This document shows, piece after piece, positions 40,893 to 52,039 of a stretch of DNA of 64,000 nt. The notes under the pieces are model-generated. The model did no database searches, was not told the DNA's origin, and worked only from the letters and a program-made list of their open reading frames with translations. The number at the start of each line of letters is the position of its first letter. The first letter of the stretch is position 1. Source of the DNA: Stramenopiles sp. TOSAG23-2 (Eukaryota); contig LT649244.1 of assembly GCA_900128395.1 (NCBI GenBank), positions 1 to 64,000 of the forward strand, in the 5' to 3' direction. The position numbers were made by a program, and so were the translations under genes.

Positions 40893-42155
40893 ATGTTATT
40901 GAGATCAATCTATAAAACAACAAATAATGTGATTATTAGACCAAATATTCAACATTTACAGAAATGTAATAAATCAACTTTACAAACTATTTTATCTGAT
41001 CAATTACAAGAAATGCGTGATGCGGGAACATATAAAGTGGAAAGAGTCATTACATCGCCACAATCATCTATGATATCGGTTCAAAATATGGATAATGATG
41101 TTATTAATTTCTGTGCAAATAATTATCTAGGTTTATCTAATGATCCAGAACTAGTTGAAGCAGCAAAAGCTACGTTGGATTCACACGGATTTGGATTAAG
41201 TAGTGTTCGTTTTATATGTGGTACACAAGATATTCATAAAGAATTAGAAGAAAAAATTAGTAAATTTCATGGCATGGAGGATACCATATTGTATCCTAGC
41301 TGTTTTGACGCAAATGCAGGGTTGTTTGAAGGTATTTTAACAGATGAAGATGCTGTTATTAGCGATGAGTTAAATCATGCTTCTATTATTGATGGGATAC
41401 GGCTTTGTAAAGCACAACGTCATCGTTATAAACATATGAATATGGAAAGTTTGGAGGAAGAGTTAATAAAAGCTAAAGATGCTCGCGTTCGTTTAATTGT
41501 TACGGATGGTGCATTTAGTATGGATGGTGATATTGCACCTTTGGCTGAAATTGATACATTGGCGAAAAAATATGATGCAAGAGTTTTTATTGATGAATGT
41601 CATGCAACTGGTTTCTTAGGTGCAACTGGTCGTGGCACGGATGAACATTTCGACGTGAAAGTTGATATAATCAATTCCACATTAGGCAAAGCATTAGGTG
41701 GTGGTACTGGAGGGTACACATCTGGGCCAAAAGAAGTAATCGATACGTTGCGACAAAAAGGACGCCCATATTTATTTTCAAACACGCTAGCACCAGCAGT
41801 TGTTGGGGCATCTTTAAAAGTTTTTGATAAATTAATGACATCTTCAGATTTAGTTGAAAAAATACGTTTTAACACCCATCGATTTCGTGATCGTATGACA
41901 GAAGCAGGATTTACAATAAGTGGTGCAAGGGATCATCCAATCTGCCCTGTCATGTTAGGTGATGCAAGGCTTGCTAGTGAAATGGCAGATGCTATGTTAA
42001 CTCATAATGTATTTGTTATTGGATTTAGTTATCCAGTAGTACCAAAAGGTAAAGCACGTATTCGTTGTCAAGTTAGTGCAGCACATACAACAGAACAAAT
42101 TGATCATAGTGTTGATGCATTTATAAAAGTTGGAAAACAATTTGGTGTTATTTAA
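40893..42155 (+). CDS. GCAT: 2-amino-3-ketobutyrate CoA ligase (glycine C-acetyltransferase), mitochondrial
   Basis: NFCANNYLGL, SSVRFICGTQ, SDELNHASIIDG, DECHATG, STLGKALGG (PLP Lys), RPYLFSN; presequence-like N-terminus. Confidence 0.95.
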   Translation: MLLRSIYKTTNNVIIRPNIQHLQKCNKSTLQTILSDQLQEMRDAGTYKVERVITSPQSSMISVQNMDNDVINFCANNYLGLSNDPELVEAAKATLDSHGFGLSSVRFICGTQDIHKELEEKISKFHGMEDTILYPSCFDANAGLFEGILTDEDAVISDELNHASIIDGIRLCKAQRHRYKHMNMESLEEELIKAKDARVRLIVTDGAFSMDGDIAPLAEIDTLAKKYDARVFIDECHATGFLGATGRGTDEHFDVKVDIINSTLGKALGGGTGGYTSGPKEVIDTLRQKGRPYLFSNTLAPAVVGASLKVFDKLMTSSDLVEKIRFNTHRFRDRMTEAGFTISGARDHPICPVMLGDARLASEMADAMLTHNVFVIGFSYPVVPKGKARIRCQVSAAHTTEQIDHSVDAFIKVGKQFGVI

Positions 42156-42387
42156 AAAAATACGTTCGTAAGGTTCGTGTACGAAATGCGAGCGCGTGAA
42201 AGATCCTGTGTTGTAAACAACAACCACCGGTAACTAATCGGAAAAAGATTTCTAATATATATATATAAAAAATTCTCTTATTTATAAGTTAAAGATATAT
42301 ATATGTACATTATATTTTATTTTTTTTTAAATATGCGAGGGAGAAGTAATATCTTTTTAATGTTACATCTCATATCAATTTATGATG

Positions 42388-42721
42388 TGGTTGAAATCTA
42401 AGTTATAATAATTTTAGTTCCCGTATTAAATACTACCAGGACTACGCTCAATACTCAATCTCAGGAATAACATTGTTTAATCCTCGCAATCTAAGAAGGA
42501 TTTTACTCACCTTACTTACTAATAATAAAAGCTCTCATGCGCCGCCGCAAGCGGATACTCTAGCAAGCTATACTCTATATATATATATACGACGTATGCA
42601 TCATTAGAGCTTTACTATATACGTAGTATAGGATCTAGAATAATATTATTCTTGCGATTGAGTATTGAGCATATTACTTAACACGAGAAGTGTAAAATTA
42701 TTATAACTTAGATTTTAACCA
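42388..42721. mobile_element. Palindromic foldback/MITE-like dispersed element
   Basis: TGGTTGAAATCTAAGTTATAATAATTTTA and GCTCAATACTCAATC on the left are inverted relative to TAAAATTATTATAACTTAGATTTTAACCA and GATTGAGTATTGAGC on the right; second copy near 1354. Confidence 0.6.
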
Positions 42722-42820
42722 TCAATATATATTTTTTATGAACTGATATTACTTAACACGAGAAGTGTAAAATTATTATAACTTAGATTTTAACCATCAA
42801 TATATATTTTTTATGAACTG
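42671..42820. repeat. Exact 75-bp tandem duplication
   Basis: ATATTACTTAACACGAG at 42671 and 42746. Confidence 0.9.
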
Positions 42821-43754
42821 ACTAACGCTGCAAATAAGGCAAAAAAAATAGCAAAAACTCCAAAAAGGGCAATTAATATACAACCAGCACATTTTGCCAT
42901 AGTTGGTTTATTGACAAATTGTAATTGACAACAGTCTGGAAACAATAGAAGCGTTTTACCGTTGAATAATCGACACCGTGGTTTACATGTGGCAATTTCA
43001 TCAATATTGTCTGTTTCTTCAGCTATTTCTTGATCCTTGGTCCAATACCATAAAACCCGGCTCTCACTTTCTTCAGATACCTTTGTGACTTTTACTTTCA
43101 TATAAATAGATATTCCAACCCAATGACAAAGATCTTGCTAATAATATATTCGGACAGACCAATTTTAGATCTAATATAATTTTGTTTAAAAGTTCATCAT
43201 TTTTCAGAAGAGGATATTTTATGCTACTGTCATCCATATCTTCGCCATCATCAACATCATCATAATTGTCTTTCATTAAATTGCTATCATCATTGATAAT
43301 GTAATCAAATGCGTTATTATCATTACTACTATCAATTATATTGCCCAAATCATTGAATAATTTACTTCGTGATAAATAATAATCTGCAAACTCGTTTGAG
43401 AATTGTTTTCCAAATTTCGCGGTTAACTTTTTCAAATATTTAGAGAAAGAATCCGTTTGCATCGCACTAAAATTTTCATCTACAACATGGACCGAAATTA
43501 TTTGCGATAAAGGTTTTTTTCAATTTTCGTAATTGTTTTGTTCGTTTAAAACGCAATTTACCAACTGGCGGCGATGCATATGGTATACCAAGAAATTCCA
43601 CGATTTCATTGTTATCATCATCATCCGCCTTTGTTACATAATGACCTTGGATTTTTCCAATTGTTGTTGTAACAACAATTTTATTATTCTTACTTGTCGC
43701 AACGATTGCATTAATTGTCAAAAAAAGTACTATTAACAATAATAATGTTTGCAT
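42811..43754 (-). pseudogene. Secreted type-B carboxylesterase in three frame-shifted pieces lacking the catalytic core
   Basis: Signal peptide + TTIGKIQG..FLGIPYASPPVGKLRF..FGPCC; middle piece DLKLVCP..ARSL..IYLYE; last piece has a C-terminal TM helix; no GxSxG. Confidence 0.7.
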
Positions 43755-44165
43755 TTTTTAAAAAAATGATTGGAAGAAAAAATAAAAAAGAAAACAAAAA
43801 GTAGTGTAAAGGGGTATCCAAGAATATTATGATTAATTAGAGTTTTATTGTTGATAACATATATATATATACATATACTCATTTTTACACAATGTTTTAA
43901 TGTGTGAGTGGCACGTGATGACCAGATGACACATGTGCACCGACTTGCACCACCCTTCCTCACATTTATTCAAAAAATCAAATTTTTGATGTGTGTTTGT
44001 GTGTTTCTTTTTAGACTAATAATTATTGTACTTAAATATGATATTTCCCTAGCACAATGTACCGATTAGGATATATAAAGTATAATCATAATCATAAAAA
44101 TCATAAAATTTTGACACAGAACAAAAAATATACACAGCAGTTTAAAAATTTTATAGCCATTCTTT

Positions 44166-46187
44166 TTACAAACCACTACTACCCTCACCATCTTTACTTG
44201 TGCTTGCATTAATTAATCTACTACCATCACTTTGTGTACCACGTTGACTGTCGGTCCCTGTTGTATACGTTGAATCTGTATGTCTACCACGTTTTGGTGG
44301 AGATTTTGCAAAGTCTTTCATCCTTTCCATTTGCTTACTACCAGGTCGGGGCAATATTGTAGCTCCAGTATCCCGAGTTTGTCTTCCAGTAGTAAATTTA
44401 CTTTCCGTTCTTTGCCACATACCATCAGCAATTGGTTTTTCATAACGATGTACAGGATGGTCCGGTGGTAAATAATATCGTGGACATGGTTGCGTACATG
44501 CGTTTTGAAATTCAACTACAGGGCATGAACATTCAGCATTTTCGCTACCGAAATTTCTTTTATGTAATGCATTGCCAAATACTGGGACCGTGAAACTACC
44601 AGCATCTACATCGGCACTTGCACGACGCGGCTGTTTCCTAGCAACAACTTCTACTCTATATAAACGCCATTTAATTTTCAAATAACCAGCATATTCACCA
44701 GGATTCTCAATGTAAGAATCGACAATGACATTAACAGTTAAACCAGTTGGTATTGGAGATCGTGCATATTCCAACGTCAAAAAGTCACATCCATAACGTT
44801 CAACTTCTATTGTTATGGCATCTCTCATCGGATTACGAACTACAATGCGATAACGATGTTTTTTCTTTGTCAACACACGACCAAGGTATAATAAAGGGGC
44901 ATGATATCCTTTCCAAACATCCGCACTTCCTTTTAATTGTCGCAACGGATGAAATGGTTTGGTTAACCCTTCTCGCCATTCCCGTCTACATTTATTTCTT
45001 CTATTCATGATTTTTGGTGCTGTATAATCACACATCGCTCCATCTCGTTTGCGCAATAAACGATTCATTTGCGATTCACCATCATTGTCGCGAGGGGAGT
45101 TTAATTTAATCGTCCCATTTAATCTACCAGCTGTTGTTTTACCTTTGTTTTCAATAATATTTTTTACATATTCAGTATTTGATAAACCTAATTCTCTTAT
45201 CAACTTTTTAACCTTTTTCGTAGGACTCAACACTTCAACTTTTACATTTAATGCCTTTTCCTCTGATTTTGAACGCCAGCTTGTATCTATATGAAATCTA
45301 GGCCTTGGAAGTTTCTTTTCGTCATCACCCCCATCCTCTCCACGTCTACGTGTAAATATAGGATTCCCTTCACTATCTAATACTATGGAATCTTTCTCTC
45401 TAACTTCACCAGGTAATACTGGTAACTCAATTGTTTTTTCATATGCTACTAAAGATACACGTGCAAGAAATTCTTCAAATTGCTCGTATGTCAATTCATT
45501 GATATAATCTTCCGAATCTCGCTGAACATATGCAAATACATATCGTAAATCCCCACGAGATAACAAATGTGGAACAATATCAAAGTCCCAAGCAAACGCT
45601 AAACATTCCGTAAAAGTACACGTACGTGCAGCACGTTCTATTGCCTCAAATGTTGGATAATATGAACCTGTAGCAATTTTAGGGTCTAATAACTTTGCAT
45701 AAAAATTGAATGCACTAGCAACAGGTCCAATTTGTATAGTATGTGGCCGAGGAACATTCCATGATGTCGTATCGTATGCAGTATGAACCTGGACGTTATT
45801 ATAATCTTGTACTCCATCCACTGTATCACGAAAACCTAAAGGTTCCGCCTGTCTTATAAATCGCTTAAATAACCGAGAACGTGCTTGCCTCGATGGCAAA
45901 CGCGCTGTATCGCCTTTCACACTTTTTTGTTTTGATTCACTATCTCTTAATTTGCTCAAATATCTTGAGTGGCGTACCAATGCTTGGACTGTTCGTAACG
46001 GTTTATAAACTTCTGGTCTTTTTGGCAGTAACTTACTATCATTTTTATCACCGCTTAGACCGCTTAAATTAGTATCCGTCGTTTCTTGGCCTCTAACACT
46101 TTCAACAGTATCTAACGGAAGCTTTAAGCTGATCAACTCCTCTTGCACCGCATTGATTTCTTCTGGGTTATTTATCGTTGCATCCAT
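44166..46187 (-). CDS. Hypothetical protein with EF-hand-like helices and possible ASH/PapD-like Ig domain
   Basis: ELTYEQFEEFLARVSL; YRIVVRNP..PIPTGLTVNVIVD..PGEYAGYLKI. Confidence 0.55.
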   Translation of the reverse strand: MDATINNPEEINAVQEELISLKLPLDTVESVRGQETTDTNLSGLSGDKNDSKLLPKRPEVYKPLRTVQALVRHSRYLSKLRDSESKQKSVKGDTARLPSRQARSRLFKRFIRQAEPLGFRDTVDGVQDYNNVQVHTAYDTTSWNVPRPHTIQIGPVASAFNFYAKLLDPKIATGSYYPTFEAIERAARTCTFTECLAFAWDFDIVPHLLSRGDLRYVFAYVQRDSEDYINELTYEQFEEFLARVSLVAYEKTIELPVLPGEVREKDSIVLDSEGNPIFTRRRGEDGGDDEKKLPRPRFHIDTSWRSKSEEKALNVKVEVLSPTKKVKKLIRELGLSNTEYVKNIIENKGKTTAGRLNGTIKLNSPRDNDGESQMNRLLRKRDGAMCDYTAPKIMNRRNKCRREWREGLTKPFHPLRQLKGSADVWKGYHAPLLYLGRVLTKKKHRYRIVVRNPMRDAITIEVERYGCDFLTLEYARSPIPTGLTVNVIVDSYIENPGEYAGYLKIKWRLYRVEVVARKQPRRASADVDAGSFTVPVFGNALHKRNFGSENAECSCPVVEFQNACTQPCPRYYLPPDHPVHRYEKPIADGMWQRTESKFTTGRQTRDTGATILPRPGSKQMERMKDFAKSPPKRGRHTDSTYTTGTDSQRGTQSDGSRLINASTSKDGEGSSGL

Positions 46188-46768
46188 TCTTATGGCTTTG
46201 AATCTATTCTATGAATGTCTATTGTTATTCTATGTATATACATATATGTGTGTGTGTATACAATCCAATATATAAAAAAATATATAATAATAAATACGGC
46301 CAGCTGGTATTTATTTGTAACTTCTTGCAACTGACAAATGCAATGCAAATGTTAACAAAGACAAAGACCCAATGCCAGGAATGCTAGAGCTCCCAGCCCA
46401 GAGCTCTAGCTGGATATAGCATTGCTATTTTGCTTGAAGCCGGCCGGGCAGCAACCCAGCAACCCACAGACAGCAGCCTTTTACCTTTTACTACCAGGAC
46501 CAGCTGGCCTCCTATTATTAATAATAGACTAGTAAGTATTAGTAAGTATTTTAATAACTTCTTTAATAACAACTCTATAAATATTAATTATAATACATAC
46601 TTATACATATATATACATATACAATAATTCAATATTTAAGTAAAATTACATTTCTTTCTTTCTTTCTTTCTTTCATTTACTACTTGAAAAACCATTCTTT
46701 TAAGCTCGTTATATATAGAGCAAATAATAAATTAAATTGTATATATATTAGTATATCTGTAAACAATA

Positions 46769-49174
46769 ATGAAAATTAAATTAAAATGTAACTTGTATCC
46801 ACCTGGTCAAAAGCGAAGGTTATTGTCAACACTAATGTCCCTGGAAATACCATTTAATGTACCGCCTAATTGGGCTATTAAAAAAGTGTTATCTTTAAAG
46901 TTGTTTCTTGTAAAAACATGGAATATAAAACATGGTCATATACGTAAATTGGATTTAGAATCGACATATTTTGTAGATCTACATGGTATTGTCATTCATG
47001 ATGCAGATAGAATTGGTGCAGTGATAAGCGAAGGCGACATATTAAATTTGTTTCAAGGCGATAAAACAAACACTACAGTACCACAATCAAAGTTAAGTGG
47101 GACATTAGCAGCCAGTGGAAAGGAAACTTTAAGACGTGAATATGAAAGAAAACAAGAAGAATATATGAGGGAATTAATGCGGCCGAAGCCAAAAATAAAT
47201 TGGGAATTGAAGAAGCGTGTATATAAAGAGCATAAATCAACCCCGTTTGAGCTAGCTGGTATTGGCGCGACTGACCGTATGTTTGAGTCTTTCAAACATA
47301 ATGGCTTAGGGTTAAACGACGTGGACTCTCAAGGAAGAACAGCACTCTTAATTGCTGCAACATTTGATCATTATGACACATGTCATGAATTGTTAGAGGC
47401 TGGTGCAAATCCAGATATATTAGATTATGAAGGTTGGACTGCATTGGCAGCCGTATGCCGCTACGGGCATGTGAGTATATTGATTTTACTTTTAGACAAT
47501 GGTGCAGATCGGTCGTTACGTGCTACTGGTGGACCATGGCATATGGAACATCTGGTCGTACATGGAAAAGCATGTCAAGACAATGTGAAAAGGGATCAAG
47601 TATTATCAATTTTACGCGGTCATCGTATAGCTGGTTCATGGTTGGAAATTATCGACTCACACTGGTTATCGATTGGAGGTAGACCAGATTACGATGAAAT
47701 GATAAATAATACATCAGAGTTTTTAAGAAAATATGGCGAAAAATTAGAGAAAGAGGAAAAAGAGGAATTCGAAGCAATGGAAGAAGCAAAGAGAAATGGC
47801 ATGGAATATAAAAAAGAAAGCACAGAAAAAAATTCATCCTTAGATTTAATAGGGCCATGGAATTTACCATTAAAATCAAAGGATAGAAAAAACAACGAAG
47901 CCGTGATATTCCATATATTTCAACAAATGCTACAATCGACGAACAAAAATAAATCAAGACATTTTATACAACAAATTCCAATGGATTCAGATTTATTATT
48001 ATCACCAGAGGAACTTAAGAAAAAAAAGAAGAAAGAAAGAAAGAGAAAACAAAGAAATAAAGAAAAAGAAGAGGAGGAAGAAACGCCGATGGAAGAAATA
48101 GCTGAACATGTAATTACGAAAAATCAATTATTTGAATCATTGCGATCGGACAAAGAAGTCATTATGAACATGGCTAGATTTTCAACGTTTAAACCAATTT
48201 TACGGAATGAACTATTTAGCGATTTATATGATAGATTGATCACACGAACATCAGGTTTGTTAAATTTTTCAGAATTTTTACAATTTCTTGAATATGGTGA
48301 AAATGAAGGTGAAAACAGATTAATGTTAAGGAGATTATTCGATGCTATAGATTTTGATAACAGTGGAACCATCGAGAAAAAAGAACTTTTAACTGCTTTC
48401 AATTACAACAAAGATGTCGTGAGTCTTTTGAAGCGTAAGCCTAGTCTAGCAATCTTGCTAAGGCCGGAGTTGTTTAAGGAAAGCTTCTTTAAATTTGACA
48501 CAGATGAAAATGGAATGGTAAATTACGAAGAATTCGTTCATTTTGTAACTGTTAGCCAAGCTACAGCGAATCACAGAGCAAAACTTCGCGAAATTTTTGA
48601 TATTATTGATCATGACGGTAAAGAAATCATTACAAAAAGGGGTGTCCTAAAGGCATTTACAGTAAACAAAAAAATCATCAAGTTAGTCAATTCAGAGCCC
48701 TTGTTACGAATTTTATTAGTACCTAGATTATGGGAAAAGGCTTTCATGTCTATTGAGTCCAAATCAAGGAAGACAGACAAAGTCACCATAACATTTGAAG
48801 AATTTGCATCATTCGTTTTAAATCAGAAACATTCAAAAATTAATCCAGTCCTATTGGAATATTTATATCAATCCATCACATCTATGTCTGATGATTATTG
48901 TACAAGGCGTCAAATGTTTCGCAGTTTAACCAGAAATAAAAATATATACACAATCTTGAGTCAAACAGGACCTTTAAAACGTTTAGTGCAAGGCCCGGCA
49001 ATGTTAAAAGCATTTAAACGGTTGTCAAAAAAACGTGGATATTTCAGTCTTAAAGATTTTTTAATATTTGCTGCTAAATCAAAGAAAGAATTTCGAGAAG
49101 AAAAGAAACGAACAAGCATATTTAAAGAAGAGACTATAAATAGTTTAGAGACTGATAGTGATAAGGAATCATAA
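46769..49174 (+). CDS. Ankyrin-repeat and EF-hand protein
   Basis: DSQGRTALLIAA, EGWTALAAVCRYGH; DFDNSGTIEKKE, DTDENGMVNYEEF, DHDGKEIITK. Confidence 0.85.
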   Translation: MKIKLKCNLYPPGQKRRLLSTLMSLEIPFNVPPNWAIKKVLSLKLFLVKTWNIKHGHIRKLDLESTYFVDLHGIVIHDADRIGAVISEGDILNLFQGDKTNTTVPQSKLSGTLAASGKETLRREYERKQEEYMRELMRPKPKINWELKKRVYKEHKSTPFELAGIGATDRMFESFKHNGLGLNDVDSQGRTALLIAATFDHYDTCHELLEAGANPDILDYEGWTALAAVCRYGHVSILILLLDNGADRSLRATGGPWHMEHLVVHGKACQDNVKRDQVLSILRGHRIAGSWLEIIDSHWLSIGGRPDYDEMINNTSEFLRKYGEKLEKEEKEEFEAMEEAKRNGMEYKKESTEKNSSLDLIGPWNLPLKSKDRKNNEAVIFHIFQQMLQSTNKNKSRHFIQQIPMDSDLLLSPEELKKKKKKERKRKQRNKEKEEEEETPMEEIAEHVITKNQLFESLRSDKEVIMNMARFSTFKPILRNELFSDLYDRLITRTSGLLNFSEFLQFLEYGENEGENRLMLRRLFDAIDFDNSGTIEKKELLTAFNYNKDVVSLLKRKPSLAILLRPELFKESFFKFDTDENGMVNYEEFVHFVTVSQATANHRAKLREIFDIIDHDGKEIITKRGVLKAFTVNKKIIKLVNSEPLLRILLVPRLWEKAFMSIESKSRKTDKVTITFEEFASFVLNQKHSKINPVLLEYLYQSITSMSDDYCTRRQMFRSLTRNKNIYTILSQTGPLKRLVQGPAMLKAFKRLSKKRGYFSLKDFLIFAAKSKKEFREEKKRTSIFKEETINSLETDSDKES

Positions 49175-49717
49175 GAAAGTAGATGAATGTCTCGATAATC
49201 TCACCAAAAATATGTATGATAGCGTGTTTTTATAGAAAAATACACGTGTGTACGTATCATACGAAGCGTAAAATATCATATGATATCTCTCTACCCAACT
49301 TTTTTTAAAATGGTATGCATATCATATCATATATATATTATATATATATCATACATGCATGTACATGTATGTATCACATTATACATAAAATATGTGATAT
49401 ATAATATCATATATGTACGCGTATATATATATACACACACACACACACACGTATATTTGTTTTCTTTCAGTTTCTCTCTTTTTACTATTTTTTTTTCTTT
49501 TATCTATATTTTATTTATATTTGTTGGCTTGTTACAAAGAACGCACTGTTAATGAATTATTAACATTAGTTTTCAGAAAAAATCAATCATTGCCACGTGC
49601 TACCGGTACATATCATATAATATATATATATACTTCGTATTATATATATATATAATACGTATATCACCAACTTTACTTTATTTCCTGTATATTTATTTAA
49701 CGTTAATACAAGTACAT

Positions 49718-52039
49718 TTACATTTTGGCGCCTAAGGTTGCAAAAATACTAGGAGATGCAGGCTCGCCAAATTTCTTTGCAAGTTTTTTTAATTCCCAGT
49801 CAGTTGTTAATTTATGATGGTTTGGTTCTGCACCTTCCCAATGTGCATCCCATGCAACAGGCGCATCATCAACACTTGCAGTTTTCATTGCTTCCCACAT
49901 ACCAGGACCCCATCCGGCAGCATTAATCATATTTGTTCCTACTAATGCATGCGGTTCGCCAGTTTCCCCCCGTGGATAGAAGCGTCGAGATCCAGCTCTT
50001 TCTAGCAATTCATCAATCATGCGTGGTACGTTCATGTAGGTATCATAATATGTCTCATCACCATTACCGTAAACAGCATGTTGAAGACCTTTTAAAGGTT
50101 TATTTGGATTTTCTGATGCAGCTTTTAAATGATAATAAAATTCCCAGAAGTTTTTTGGTGGGTTACCATACATGCTTGATGTACATACAACTAAAAATTT
50201 CGTATTTTTCAATGAATTGAAATTAAAATCATTACCAGTAACAATTGAAGCAGGTTTTTCCAAATCGCCTCCCTCTGGGAACATTCCTAAAATATCTGTA
50301 GCATCACGCTCGGAATCACCCATGAAAAAGGATCCGAATACAAGTGCGACATCTTGACCACCAATATCTCCACTATCCATGGCTGGGGCACTATTATCAC
50401 TTCCTTCTGTGCCATCAGCTGCTGCTGTTAATTTACCAACTTCCGTTGTTACAGCTTCATCCCATTCGATGATATCAACTTCGTCACCAACAACTTCACC
50501 AACTTCTTGTGATGGTGCAGAGCTATAGGTGATAGTAATAGGATCAGCCCCATTATTCTGTGGAATGGTAATAGTAGTGGTACTACCTGGAACAGTTCCA
50601 GTTACAATAGGCGGTGGAGGTTGTTTTACATATTCAGAAGCAGATGCACCTGCAACACGTCCAAATACAACACATTCAAGCAAAGCTGAGCCACCAAGAC
50701 GATTACGTCCATGGATACCACCAGCTAACTCACCAGCAGCAAATAATCCTGGGATTACACGATTTGAACCATCGTATACACATTCTGATTTTGGACTAAT
50801 TGCAAGACCACCCATTGTGTAATGTACAACTGGGGTAACTTGTGCGACGTAAAAACTGTCATTAATATCAAATGGTGCATTTGTGAAATAAATTTTACCA
50901 AATGGATCCGTACCTTTCTTTGCATAATCATTATATTGATCAAATGATTCTTTTAATTGTGAGGTAGGGATGCCCATTTCTGCAGCAAGGTCAGCACCAC
51001 TGTCGAAATGCTTCATAACACGACGGGAGACGTAATGTTTACAATGCCAATCTAAATTTGATGCTGCAGCACTGTTCAATACAAGACGGTATGGTGCTTT
51101 GCCGTGTTCCCACATATTACCGGTTACATAATCACGTTTGCCGATATCATTGCAAAATCGAAAGCCATCGTTACCAAGTAAAATACCACCTTCACCACGC
51201 AATGCTTCTGCTGCTAAAAATTTAGTTTTATTGTCTGGATCATCTGGATTAACAAGACCAGTTGGATGCACTTGTACATGTTTCAACGCAATAGCTTTTG
51301 CACCAATATCCATGGCAATATCAATACCTTCGCCTTGGGAATGGTCACCGTTCGTTGTTGGCAAATGTACTAAATCTGGACGGATTTTTTCCAACAATGA
51401 ACCTTTATGGTTGCCGCCAGCACCATAACCACCAGTTGCTAATACAACAGCATCTGCTACAACGGTTTCCATTGCACCATCACCATTTTCAAATTCCACA
51501 CCAACAACACGACCATGTGGATCTTTAATAAGCTTTTTCGCAGAGGCATTGATTACTAAGTCACACGTACCATCTTCGGCATCAGCTAACTGTTCATATT
51601 TTTGCATAAGTGCAGAAGTAATCTCCATGCCTGGAAATTTACCACCAGATTTTGAACGATGCGTACGTTGATTTGTATGCCCACCTAAACGGGATACAGT
51701 ATCAAGAGCAAGACCAAAATTATCTTGGATCCAATGTACAGCACCTGCACTATTTCCTGCAATAACTTTTGCAAGTGGATATGGTGTAGGCATTGGACCA
51801 GTTTTCACACCAGTAGCGGAACGTACGGTATCCTCAAGAAACTGATCAACACTATCTTTCAAACCCATTTTAGCTTGTGTACGACTACCAGCACCATTAA
51901 TACCAGAAGTTGCTTTAGTACTATTACCACCAAGGAAAGGATTTTTTTCCAATAATGTTACTTGTACACCATTTTGTATGAGTGTATGTGCGGCTGATAA
52001 ACCTGATAAACCACCTCCAACAACAATTGCGCTTGGCAT
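49718..52039 (-). CDS. Soluble FAD-dependent fumarate reductase (Osm1/Frd1/flavocytochrome c type) fused to C-terminal flavodoxin domain
   Basis: GGGLSG, GGNSTKATSGIN, QVHPTG, AEALRGEG, HYTMGG, GRNRLGGSAL; flavodoxin VVCTSSMYGNPPKN, LKGLQHAVYGNGDETY. Confidence 0.9.
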   Translation of the reverse strand: MPSAIVVGGGLSGLSAAHTLIQNGVQVTLLEKNPFLGGNSTKATSGINGAGSRTQAKMGLKDSVDQFLEDTVRSATGVKTGPMPTPYPLAKVIAGNSAGAVHWIQDNFGLALDTVSRLGGHTNQRTHRSKSGGKFPGMEITSALMQKYEQLADAEDGTCDLVINASAKKLIKDPHGRVVGVEFENGDGAMETVVADAVVLATGGYGAGGNHKGSLLEKIRPDLVHLPTTNGDHSQGEGIDIAMDIGAKAIALKHVQVHPTGLVNPDDPDNKTKFLAAEALRGEGGILLGNDGFRFCNDIGKRDYVTGNMWEHGKAPYRLVLNSAAASNLDWHCKHYVSRRVMKHFDSGADLAAEMGIPTSQLKESFDQYNDYAKKGTDPFGKIYFTNAPFDINDSFYVAQVTPVVHYTMGGLAISPKSECVYDGSNRVIPGLFAAGELAGGIHGRNRLGGSALLECVVFGRVAGASASEYVKQPPPPIVTGTVPGSTTTITIPQNNGADPITITYSSAPSQEVGEVVGDEVDIIEWDEAVTTEVGKLTAAADGTEGSDNSAPAMDSGDIGGQDVALVFGSFFMGDSERDATDILGMFPEGGDLEKPASIVTGNDFNFNSLKNTKFLVVCTSSMYGNPPKNFWEFYYHLKAASENPNKPLKGLQHAVYGNGDETYYDTYMNVPRMIDELLERAGSRRFYPRGETGEPHALVGTNMINAAGWGPGMWEAMKTASVDDAPVAWDAHWEGAEPNHHKLTTDWELKKLAKKFGEPASPSIFATLGAKM

